This document shows positions 55,820 through 64,000 of a stretch of DNA of 64,000 nucleotides, piece by piece. Below the pieces are notes generated by a model. That model was not told where the DNA came from, made no database searches, and worked only from the letters and a program-made list of their open reading frames with translations. The translations under genes were made by a program, and so were the position numbers. Each line of letters opens with the position of its first letter. Position 1 is the first letter of the stretch. This stretch comes from an uncultured Gammaproteobacteria bacterium (GTDB lineage Bacteria; Patescibacteriota; Patescibacteriia; Magasanikbacterales; UBA922): NCBI GenBank assembly GCA_964435035.1, contig CAYSXR010000006.1, forward strand, positions 420 through 64,419, in the 5' to 3' direction.

Positions 55820-56785
55820 TTATCCTTCCCATTTATTGATATATTCAATTGCAGAGAGAGCTGCTGTAACTCCCTGGCCTGCGGCGATAACTATTTGTTT
55901 ATAGGGAACGGTAGTCACATCGCCTGCTGCGAATATACCAGGTACTGATGTTGCGCATTTGAGATCAACTACGATTTCTCCGAGAGGTGTACGATCAACA
56001 GTCGTAGCAAAGCTTGAATTAGGAATATTTCCAATGTGTACCATGACACCATTTGTGTCAATTGTTTGTGTACTGTTATTAACATCCGTATAGGTTACCC
56101 CAGTCACATTCTCAGAACCTAGGATTTCAATAGTTTTTGCAGCGTATATGATTTCAACATTTGATGCTTTTTTCACTTTATCAATCAAGATATTTTCCCC
56201 TTTTGGAAATCCACCATTGGTTTCTTTGGTATTGGGAAATTTGGTAATACAATATACTTTGGTTGCAAGTTCAGACATCATGAGGACTGATTCGAGGGCA
56301 GCATTTCCAGCTCCGATGGTTGTGGTTATTTTTCCTCGGTACAGTGGACCATCACATACGGTGCAATACGTAACACCCTTACCACGCAATTCTTTTTCTC
56401 CAGGAATTCCGAGTTCTCGTGGGTGAATACCACTTCCGATAATTACTGTTTTTGTGTAGTACAACTTTTCTTTTTTTGAATAATCCTCAGTTTTTACAAT
56501 AAAATAATTTGCTTCTTTTTCAATTCCAGTCACTGCATATCCTACGTCTGCTTTAACGCCGTAGGATTCTATATGTTTGTAAAATTGTTGAGCAAGTTCA
56601 AAACCAGTGGTATGAATAATGCCTGGCCAGTTTTCAACTTCTCCCGAAAGAGCAACTTCTCCGCCAATATCTTTGGTAACCACAGCAAATTTCAAATTTC
56701 TCCGTGCAGCATATACCGCAGCCGCACATCCTGCAGCAGCAGCTCCGATAATGACGAGGTCGAGGAGGTCGTTTTTTTGAGACAT
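55820..56785 (-). CDS. trxB: Thioredoxin reductase-like FAD oxidoreductase
   Basis: VENWPG, GVTYCTVCDG, GAGNAA, PGIFAAGDV, QIVIAAGQG. Confidence 0.9.
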   Translation of the reverse strand: MSQKNDLLDLVIIGAAAAGCAAAVYAARRNLKFAVVTKDIGGEVALSGEVENWPGIIHTTGFELAQQFYKHIESYGVKADVGYAVTGIEKEANYFIVKTEDYSKKEKLYYTKTVIIGSGIHPRELGIPGEKELRGKGVTYCTVCDGPLYRGKITTTIGAGNAALESVLMMSELATKVYCITKFPNTKETNGGFPKGENILIDKVKKASNVEIIYAAKTIEILGSENVTGVTYTDVNNSTQTIDTNGVMVHIGNIPNSSFATTVDRTPLGEIVVDLKCATSVPGIFAAGDVTTVPYKQIVIAAGQGVTAALSAIEYINKWEG

Positions 56786-56800
56786 ATGGTAGTTTTCTGG

Positions 56801-57463
56801 TTATCTAGTTTTCTGGTTATCTAGTTTTTCTAATTGATTTTTGATGTATGCAATTTGATCAGCTGGTGAATGTTCCCGTTTGAAAACCAAACTTCCTGGA
56901 CAAATCGCATGTACACCACTCTCAATAATCGCGTGCAGCGTGTCTTCATGTACTCCACCATCTAGTTCTGTATACAACTCAGGATACGTCGTCCTACATT
57001 GAGCAATTTTTCGAAGAACTTCAGGAATTAATTTTTGACCCTGGAATCCAGGGGTAACACCCATAAAGAGTACTCCATCGATAAGATCTATGTAATGGTG
57101 AATAGTTGAAAGAGGGGTATTGGGATTTAGCGCAAGAAAAACTTCCCGACCATACATCTGTACATGTGTGATGGCGGCAGCAATGTCCTCAACGGATTCA
57201 ATATGGATGATGAATCGAGTGACAGAGGAAATATCTTTCCATAGAGTAATGGTCTCGAGTGGGGACTCATCCATGAGGTGGAGTTCAAAAGTATAGTCAT
57301 CAATATGGTGGACAATTTCAGGTTCACTCCATGTAGTATTTGGAACAAAATGTCCATCTGCAATATCAAGTTGAAGATGGGTGACTGCATGATCGAGTGC
57401 TGTAATTTGTGTCAAGAATTCTTGCTTACTCGAGACTAGAATCGATGGAATGATATCAATCAT
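56801..57463 (-). CDS. rpe: Ribulose-phosphate 3-epimerase
   Basis: IIPSIL, DIADGHFVPN, ELHLM, LNPNTP, MGVTPGFQGQ, LDGGV. Confidence 0.93.
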   Translation of the reverse strand: MIDIIPSILVSSKQEFLTQITALDHAVTHLQLDIADGHFVPNTTWSEPEIVHHIDDYTFELHLMDESPLETITLWKDISSVTRFIIHIESVEDIAAAITHVQMYGREVFLALNPNTPLSTIHHYIDLIDGVLFMGVTPGFQGQKLIPEVLRKIAQCRTTYPELYTELDGGVHEDTLHAIIESGVHAICPGSLVFKREHSPADQIAYIKNQLEKLDNQKTR

Positions 57464-57918
57464 ATACCCTTCTCAAATTCCTGAATTTTTCCAAGACGTC
57501 GGACATGCCGCTCTGATTCACTAAACGGAGTTTCGAGCCATCTCTTTACAATTGCCATAGCAAAATCTTCTGAGAGGTGATCGGCTGCAAGGCATAATAT
57601 ATTAGTATTATCATCTTTCATCATGGATTCCCCAGCTGCAATATTATATCCAATACCTGCACGGACTCCAGGGACTTTGTTTGCAGCTATACATACTCCG
57701 ATTCCATTCCGGCATACGAGAATACCACGTGCATTTTCAGCTACTATGCGTTTTGCAAGAGGGAACGCATACTCGGTGTAGTCATCATGTTCTACAAATT
57801 CGAGTGGTCCCATATCTTCAATTGAGCGGTTGAGTTCATTTTCGATAAACCGAACTAGGCGCTTTTTGAGGGCGTATCCACCATGATCTCCTGAGATGTA
57901 GAGCGGTCCTGTATACAT
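57460..57918 (-). CDS. rpiB: Ribose-5-phosphate isomerase B
   Basis: GDHGGYALK, DDY, GILVCRNGIG...AANKVPGVRA, RHVRRL. Confidence 0.93.
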   Translation of the reverse strand: MYTGPLYISGDHGGYALKKRLVRFIENELNRSIEDMGPLEFVEHDDYTEYAFPLAKRIVAENARGILVCRNGIGVCIAANKVPGVRAGIGYNIAAGESMMKDDNTNILCLAADHLSEDFAMAIVKRWLETPFSESERHVRRLGKIQEFEKGI

Positions 57919-58131
57919 AAATAAAAAATTCAAAACTTAAAGCTCAAACACCAAAACTAAATCAATTTTGAGAGCTTGTGTGCATAAGAAAGTATATCAA
58001 TGTTTATTGTAATTGGTAAAGGGAGTGTACTCATAATTTGACGGCTGTGCAAGTTGTAGCTATGATAGAAATATAGTAAAAATTCAACCATATTCATCCA
58101 TATTTTTTTCTTTACTTTTAACCCCCACCAT

Positions 58132-58581
58132 ATGAAAGTCAAAGAATTGATGGATACTAAAGTGCTTTTCGTGACTCCGAATACTACATACGAGGATGTA
58201 GGACGTCTTTTGTATACTAATCAGGTAACCGGTATTCCGGTTCTCGATGAACAAGAGCGTGTAGTGGGATTTGTGTCAGAAAAAGATATTGTACGGATAC
58301 TCTACCCGTGGTATAAGAGTTTTTATGAAAGTCCTGAAAGTTATACTGACATGGAGTCGAGAGAATCAAAAGCAGGGGACATTAGAAATACCAAAGTCGA
58401 AGTATTCATGAAAAGAGATATTCTTACGGTTACTCCAGATGACCCCATCATGAAAGCCGGTGCACTCATGCTCGCTCATGATGTGAACCGTTTGCCTGTG
58501 ATTGAAAATGGAAAAGTAGTGGGAATGGTAAGTCGTGATAGTATTTACAAAGTAATACTCAAGAAGAATTTTGGGCTGTAA
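58132..58581 (+). CDS. Tandem CBS-domain protein
   Basis: MKVKELM, GIPVLD...VGFVSEKD, RLPVIENGKVVGMVSRD. Confidence 0.92.
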   Translation: MKVKELMDTKVLFVTPNTTYEDVGRLLYTNQVTGIPVLDEQERVVGFVSEKDIVRILYPWYKSFYESPESYTDMESRESKAGDIRNTKVEVFMKRDILTVTPDDPIMKAGALMLAHDVNRLPVIENGKVVGMVSRDSIYKVILKKNFGL

Positions 58582-58630
58582 TTTTTGACTTTTTGCACAT
58601 AATCTTGTACAGTTGCACTACAATAAAAGA

Positions 58631-58814
58631 AGCGCATTTTTCTGCAATCAACAGAAATTCTATTATAGAAGCGCTAGAGGAAGAATCTCAGTTTAATTGG
58701 GACTAGAACCTCTCGGGTATGCCCGTAATAGCTGCAAATAAGTGCTACCAATCGTAGAAGCAGGATGGTACCGCCCGGCCCCTGGCCTGGCTCCTGCAGA
58801 TAGGGTAGCTTTTT
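58631..58814 (+). ncRNA. T-box riboswitch (Ile) upstream of ileS
   Basis: Antiterminator GCAGGA-TGGTACC-GCC...GGC-TCCTGC; ATC in the terminal loop of a short stem I (58647-58649); stem II AGAGG..CCTCT with GAA internal loops. Confidence 0.82.
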
Positions 58815-58816
58815 AA

Positions 58817-58894
58817 TTTCCAAGTTCAAATTTCAAAGTTCCAATAAAATGTCAAAGTAAAAATTTTGGACTTTGAAATTTGGATTTTGAACTT
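58817..58894. repeat. Heptamer (TTCAAA/TTTGAA-type) inverted element in the ileS leader
   Basis: TTCCAAGTTCAAATTTCAAAGTTCCAA...TTTGGACTTTGAAATTTGGATTTTGAAC. Confidence 0.7.
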
Positions 58895-58902
58895 TATTTT
58901 AT

Positions 58903-61785
58903 ATGCCATATAACGCACAAGAACAAGAATTAGAAATACTCAAACATTGGGACAAAACTGATGCATTTCGAAAATCAGTAGAAAATCGCCCAGTTGATAC
59001 GCAATATGCGTTTTATGATGGACCTCCATTTGCAACCGGTCTTCCTCATTATGGTCATATTGTAGCGAGTGTAATGAAGGATGCGGTACCTCGCTATTGG
59101 ACCATGCAAGGAAGACGGGTGGAGCGTGTATGGGGGTGGGATTGTCATGGACTCCCGATTGAAAATATTGTTGAAAAAGAACTTGGTACCAAAAGCAAAA
59201 AAGATATTGAGGAAATGGGTGTGGCAAAGTTCAATGAACTCTGCCGATCAAAAGTATTAGGATACGTTCCTGAGTGGGAAAAGACAATCAAACGATTGGG
59301 GCGCTGGGTAGATATGAAGCATGCTTATCGCACCATGGATAATACCTACATGGAGTCAGTCTGGGCTGTATTCAAGCAACTCTGGGACAAAGATTTGATT
59401 TATCATGGATACAAACCCATGCACATTTGTCCTCGATGTGAGACGACGCTTTCACAGCAAGAAGTAACTGAAGGATACAAAGATATTAAAGATATTTCAG
59501 TTACTGCTAAATTTAAAATTACAAATGCAAAAGAAAAACTAGGTATCGATGGTAATGTCTACATGCTTGCGTGGACGACCACTCCATGGACATTACCGGG
59601 GAATGTGCTACTTGCAGTCGGAAAAGATATCGAATATTCTCTGGTAAAAAACGGAGAAGAACAGTTTATTCTTTCGGGAGAATTAGTTGAAGTTAATTTT
59701 GAAGGAAAAGAGTACGAAGTGGTGAAAAAACTTTCAGCTGATGAATTGGTTGGTTTGGTCTATGAGCCATTATTCCCATATTTTGCCGATAGTAAAAATT
59801 CTTTCCGTGTAGTCGCTGCAGATTTTGTAACCACCGAAGATGGAACTGGTGTGGTGCATATTGCACCTGCATTTGGTACTGATGATTATGAAGTATTCAA
59901 AAAAGAAAATGTTCCGTTTATTCAACATGTAAAAATGGATGGAACATTTATTGATAAAGTTACAGATTTTGCGGGCATGCATGTGAAACCGGCAGAAGAT
60001 CATATGGCGACTGATGTCGAAATTGTAAAATGGCTTGCACATAATGGAAAATTATTTTCAAAGAAAAAATACGAACACAGCTATCCACATTGCTGGCGTT
60101 GTGATACTCCATTGATTAATTACGCGACGAGTAGTTGGTTTGTAAATGTCACGAAAATAAAAGTACAAGCATTGAAGCAAGCGGAAAAAATCAATTGGTC
60201 TCCTGAACATATTAAAGAAGGGCGATTTGGAAAATGGCTCGAAGGTGCACGGGACTGGTCTATTTCTCGACAGCGTTTTTGGGCTACCGTCATCCCTGTG
60301 TGGCAGAGCGCTGATGGGGATTCAATATGTGTTGGCTCCATGAAAGAGCTTGAAGAACTGTCAGGAAAAAAAGTAGATGATCTGCACAAACACATTGTTG
60401 ATACTATTACGTTTGAAAAAAATGGTAAGACCTATACTCGAGTACCTGATGTATTGGACACCTGGTTTGATTCTGGTTCCATGCCCTATGCTGAAGTACA
60501 TTATCCATTTGAAAATAAAGAAAAATTCGAAGCAAGCTTCCCTGCAGAATTTATTGCAGAAGGTCAGGATCAGACTCGTGCATGGTTCTATTATTTGCAC
60601 GTGCTTGCAGTAGGATTATTTGGGAAAACTGCGTATAAGAATGTAATCGTCAATGGAATCGTGCTTGCAGAAGATGGAAAAAAGATGAGTAAGAAATTAC
60701 AGAATTATCCAGACCCGAATTTGATTCTTGAAAAGTATGGTGCTGATGCATTACGTTATTATTTGTTGACCTCACCGGTCATGGCAGCAGAGAATCTGAA
60801 TTTCTCGGAAGCAGGAGTACGAGAAATGTATAACAAACTCATAAACACGTTGTGGAATGTGTGTGAGTTTTATGAACTGTTTGCAGAAAAAGTCGAAAGT
60901 CGAAAGTCGAAAGTCGAAAGTAAACACATTTTGGACCGTTGGATTATTTCCAAACTTAATATTTTGGTTAAAGAAGTTACCGAGGGAATGGAAGCGTATA
61001 AATTAGCTGAGGCAAGTCGTCCGATTGTAGAATTTGTCACTGAATTGTCGCAGTGGTATGTGCGACGAAGCCGTGATCGTTTCAAGGGTGAGGATGTTGG
61101 TGATAAAGAAGCGGCGCTTGCTACGCTCCACACGGTTTTACTAACTCTATCAAAAGTGATGGCACCATTTACACCATTTATTGCAGAAACTCTGTATCAA
61201 AAAGTGGGAGGAGAAATGGAAAGTGTACATCTCGAAGATTTTCCCGTGTATAATAAGAAAGAAGTTGATGAGAAAGTGTTGGGGGAAATGGAACATGTTC
61301 GAAAAGTAGTAGAAATGGGCTTAGCACTTCGAGCTCAAGCTGGAATAAAAGTACGACAAATTCTATCAGCATTATATTTTGATGGGGTTACACTATCAGA
61401 TGCTGCACAAAAAATTATCGCAGATGAAATGAATGTAAAGTCAGTTGTTGCTGGTATGCCTGAAACAAGTGGATATTGGTTAAAAAAAGAAAATGATCTT
61501 ATCGTGATACTCGATACTGACCTAACTGATGAACTGAAGAAAGAAGGTTTGGTACGAGAAATTGTGAGAACTATAAATCAGATGAGAAAAGAATCAGGGT
61601 TAACGGTGGAAGATAGGGTAGTGATTTACTGGTATACTGAAGATGCACAATTTCGTGCAGTGTTCGAAGGCTATAAAGATAGTATTGCTCAATCAGTACT
61701 CGCGACAGAATTAACTGAGAAACAAACTGATACTAAAGTTTCCATTGAAGGAATAGAGATTTCACTAACCATTGAAAAGAAATAA
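58903..61785 (+). CDS. ileS: Isoleucine--tRNA ligase, type 2 (archaeal/eukaryote-like)
   Basis: DGPPFATGLPHYGH, GWDCHGLP, WTTTPWTLP, KMSKK, C-terminal EGLVREIVRTINQMRK without a Zn finger. Confidence 0.98.
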   Translation: MPYNAQEQELEILKHWDKTDAFRKSVENRPVDTQYAFYDGPPFATGLPHYGHIVASVMKDAVPRYWTMQGRRVERVWGWDCHGLPIENIVEKELGTKSKKDIEEMGVAKFNELCRSKVLGYVPEWEKTIKRLGRWVDMKHAYRTMDNTYMESVWAVFKQLWDKDLIYHGYKPMHICPRCETTLSQQEVTEGYKDIKDISVTAKFKITNAKEKLGIDGNVYMLAWTTTPWTLPGNVLLAVGKDIEYSLVKNGEEQFILSGELVEVNFEGKEYEVVKKLSADELVGLVYEPLFPYFADSKNSFRVVAADFVTTEDGTGVVHIAPAFGTDDYEVFKKENVPFIQHVKMDGTFIDKVTDFAGMHVKPAEDHMATDVEIVKWLAHNGKLFSKKKYEHSYPHCWRCDTPLINYATSSWFVNVTKIKVQALKQAEKINWSPEHIKEGRFGKWLEGARDWSISRQRFWATVIPVWQSADGDSICVGSMKELEELSGKKVDDLHKHIVDTITFEKNGKTYTRVPDVLDTWFDSGSMPYAEVHYPFENKEKFEASFPAEFIAEGQDQTRAWFYYLHVLAVGLFGKTAYKNVIVNGIVLAEDGKKMSKKLQNYPDPNLILEKYGADALRYYLLTSPVMAAENLNFSEAGVREMYNKLINTLWNVCEFYELFAEKVESRKSKVESKHILDRWIISKLNILVKEVTEGMEAYKLAEASRPIVEFVTELSQWYVRRSRDRFKGEDVGDKEAALATLHTVLLTLSKVMAPFTPFIAETLYQKVGGEMESVHLEDFPVYNKKEVDEKVLGEMEHVRKVVEMGLALRAQAGIKVRQILSALYFDGVTLSDAAQKIIADEMNVKSVVAGMPETSGYWLKKENDLIVILDTDLTDELKKEGLVREIVRTINQMRKESGLTVEDRVVIYWYTEDAQFRAVFEGYKDSIAQSVLATELTEKQTDTKVSIEGIEISLTIEKK

Positions 61786-61795
61786 ATTAATACAT

Positions 61796-63301
61796 ATGAA
61801 ATATACTGTTCACACAAGTATCGAAGAATTAAAACCGTGCAATGTAGTATTATTTCCGGTATTTGAAGATCAAAAAGTTGAAGCAGAGCTTAAGAATTTT
61901 GGAATACTTGATGAGGTGAGGAAAAAAATCGTGGGTGCAGTAGAATTAGAAGAGTTCACAGGGAAAAAATTGGAAAAATTGGTATTGCATACTGAAGAGA
62001 AAAATCATCCTCGCATTATGCTGGTAGGGTTGGGTAAAGACAAAGAATATTCAGTAAAAAAATTACGTGAATGTGTGGGTGCTGCATTTGTTATTGCACA
62101 AAATAAAAAATGGAAAAAAGTTTCTCTCGTACTTACGAATGCTTTAAAAAAGAAAGAAACAATTGAAGGATTGGGTTCTCTGTTGGTGCGTGCGGCTGAA
62201 ATTTCTACGTATGCATATGATGAACATAAGACCGATGTGGAAGCGCGTTCAGTTCCGATTGAAGAAGTGCAATTCGTTGGGCTCGTAAATGCAAGTGAGA
62301 AAAAAGCTTTTGAAAAAGGTATTGTATATGGCAAAATACTGGCAGAAGGTGTGAATTTTGCACGCCATCTAGGGAACACTCCACCAAGTACTATGACGCC
62401 AACGTATCTAGCTGACGCAGCTGTCGAAATGGCAAAAAAGAGTAAGATCAAAGCTACGATACTTGGAAAAGCAGAAATTAAAAAATTGAAAATGGGGTGT
62501 TTGCTCGGTGTAGCGCAAGGATCTGAACATGAACCAAAATTTATTATTGTAGAATATTGGGGAGCTGCTAAGACTCAAAAACCAACAGTGTTGGTAGGAA
62601 AAGGAATTACCTTTGATTCTGGTGGATTATCACTCAAACCAGCAAATTGGATGTCTGAAATGAAATACGACATGCTTGGAGGTGCGGCTGTACTTGGTGC
62701 AATCAAGGCTGCGGCAGATCTCAAACTCAAAAAAAATATTGTAGCGTTGATTCCTGCAGCAGAAAACATGCCAAGTGGCACCGCATTTCGACCTGATGAT
62801 ATTCTGGTGGCAATGAACGGAAAAACAGTTGAAATTTTGAATACTGATGCTGAAGGACGGCTCATTCTTGCAGACGCACTGGTATATGCAAAGAAATATG
62901 AACCATTAGAAGTAATAGACCTCGCCACTCTTACGGGCGCGTGTATGGGAGCTCTTGGATCAGAACGATCGGGAATATTTACTCCCGATGATAGCATGTG
63001 TGAAAAACTGGTTGCGGCAGGTGATGGGGTGGGGGAACTATTGTGGAGACTGCCACTGGGTGAAGAATATAGTGAAGCTATGAAGAGTGAAATTGCTGAC
63101 ATTAAAAATCTGGGTGGAGTAGGAAATCCTGCATTTGGTGGAGCTTCGACCGCTGCTGCATTCCTCCAATTTTTCGTCGATTACAAATGGGCGCATATTG
63201 ATCTAGCAAGTGCCATATTTATGGGCAAAGCAAAACCATGGCTAAGGCCTGGTGCAAATGGATTTGGTGTTGAGACGCTTGTGGCGTATTTATCTCGGTA
63301 A
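61796..63301 (+). CDS. pepA: Leucyl aminopeptidase (M17)
   Basis: VGKGITFDSGG, MKYDM, NTDAEGRL, DLATLTGA, WAHID. Confidence 0.97.
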   Translation: MKYTVHTSIEELKPCNVVLFPVFEDQKVEAELKNFGILDEVRKKIVGAVELEEFTGKKLEKLVLHTEEKNHPRIMLVGLGKDKEYSVKKLRECVGAAFVIAQNKKWKKVSLVLTNALKKKETIEGLGSLLVRAAEISTYAYDEHKTDVEARSVPIEEVQFVGLVNASEKKAFEKGIVYGKILAEGVNFARHLGNTPPSTMTPTYLADAAVEMAKKSKIKATILGKAEIKKLKMGCLLGVAQGSEHEPKFIIVEYWGAAKTQKPTVLVGKGITFDSGGLSLKPANWMSEMKYDMLGGAAVLGAIKAAADLKLKKNIVALIPAAENMPSGTAFRPDDILVAMNGKTVEILNTDAEGRLILADALVYAKKYEPLEVIDLATLTGACMGALGSERSGIFTPDDSMCEKLVAAGDGVGELLWRLPLGEEYSEAMKSEIADIKNLGGVGNPAFGGASTAAAFLQFFVDYKWAHIDLASAIFMGKAKPWLRPGANGFGVETLVAYLSR

Positions 63302-63322
63302 AAAGATAAAGAATTTTAGTGG

Positions 63323-63459
63323 GTTCCTCCCCCTTTCCCAAGGGGGAGGTCAGGTAGGGGTTGAGGATCGGAGTGAACAACATAAAAACGGTCTAAAACA
63401 TGTGTAGGCACTTCGACCTGCAACCCCACCCTGTCCCTCCCCTAAGAAGGGGAGGGAAC
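63323..63459. repeat. Inverted pair of CCCTCCCC/GGGGAGG elements
   Basis: 63323-63363 and 63422-63459 in opposite orientations; same family as 9137. Confidence 0.8.
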
Positions 63460-63476
63460 GTACTAAGAAATTTATT

Positions 63477-64000
63477 ATGATCGCACATATTCAAGGAACT
63501 ATTATCGGGAGCACGAAACAGAGTGTGATTGTGGCAACACAATCTGGTCTTGGGTATGAGGTTGTGCTTCCAGCTTACAAACTTCTTGAATTAAATACGG
63601 GAGTTCCGGTGTCACTTTTTATTTATCATAAAGTAAGTGAGAATAGTCAAGAATTATTTGGATTTTCACAGCTTGAAGATAGGGATTTCTTTATGCTTCT
63701 TATGACCGTATCTGGAATTGGGCCAAAAAGTGCGATGAATATTATGTCCCTTGGTTCAATCGAAGATATACGCGATGCAATTGCGAGAGGAGATGTGGGT
63801 TATCTTACCTCGATTCAAGGTATGGGAAAGAAAACAGCGGAGCGGCTTGTGGTAGAATTGAAAAGTAAGATTGATTTGGGTACAAGAATATCAGTTCGTT
63901 CAAAGCCTATGGACGGAGTGTTGGATGATGTGGTTGAGGGACTGATTTCTATGGGATATACTAAGGACGAATCAAGGAGTATGCTTCAAAATATTGAAGG
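63477..64000 (+). CDS. ruvA: Holliday junction branch migration protein RuvA, partial
   Basis: MIAHIQG, GLGYEV, LFGF, VSGIGPKSA, IQGMGKKTAERLVVELKSK; runs off the end of the window. Confidence 0.95.
   Translation, partial: MIAHIQGTIIGSTKQSVIVATQSGLGYEVVLPAYKLLELNTGVPVSLFIYHKVSENSQELFGFSQLEDRDFFMLLMTVSGIGPKSAMNIMSLGSIEDIRDAIARGDVGYLTSIQGMGKKTAERLVVELKSKIDLGTRISVRSKPMDGVLDDVVEGLISMGYTKDESRSMLQNIE

Noticed and set aside
1-64000. CRISPR array
   Set aside because: No regularly spaced 23-47-bp direct repeats with unique spacers and no cas genes; the repeats present are short tandem or inverted types
1-64000. Alternative genetic code (UGA=Gly, as in Gracilibacteria/Absconditabacteria)
   Set aside because: Conserved genes are full length under code 11, and TGA ends genes such as yidD, galU and rpiB at the expected positions

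Overview
Replication-origin region of a small-genome bacterium, most likely Patescibacteria/CPR (Parcubacteria-like). This is inferred from gene content, the VirB2-like pilin array and AT-rich leaders lacking a Shine-Dalgarno (SD) sequence; TGA is used as a stop codon. The housekeeping backbone is dnaN-dnaA with a bipartite oriC and two parS sites, rpmH-rnpA-yidD, ychF, rmuC, rpsT, holA, polA, tig, a type IV pilus operon (pilB-C-M-N-O), rpsF-ssb-rpsR, three minor pilins, galU, an array of 11 VirB2/T4SS-type pilin genes, three tRNAs, a Xer recombinase, two ATP-grasp enzymes, pfkB, trxB, rpe, rpiB, ileS, pepA and a partial ruvA. Six features stand out. (1) Nine GC-rich orphan single-gene cassettes lie between housekeeping genes, each with its own sigma70-type promoter and a structured 3' UTR, most with an SD, and several with 5'/3' UTR complementarity. 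(2) One cassette carries a complete type III hammerhead ribozyme in its 3' UTR. (3) ileS is preceded by a T-box riboswitch with an ultrashort stem I. (4) Many intergenic spacers are built from several families of 7-9-nt tandem and palindromic repeat elements, some of which overlap coding sequences. (5) holA appears to start at ATA. (6) The pilin array contains one gene that looks like the major subunit. All calls are by-eye pattern recognition; no searches or folding programs were run.
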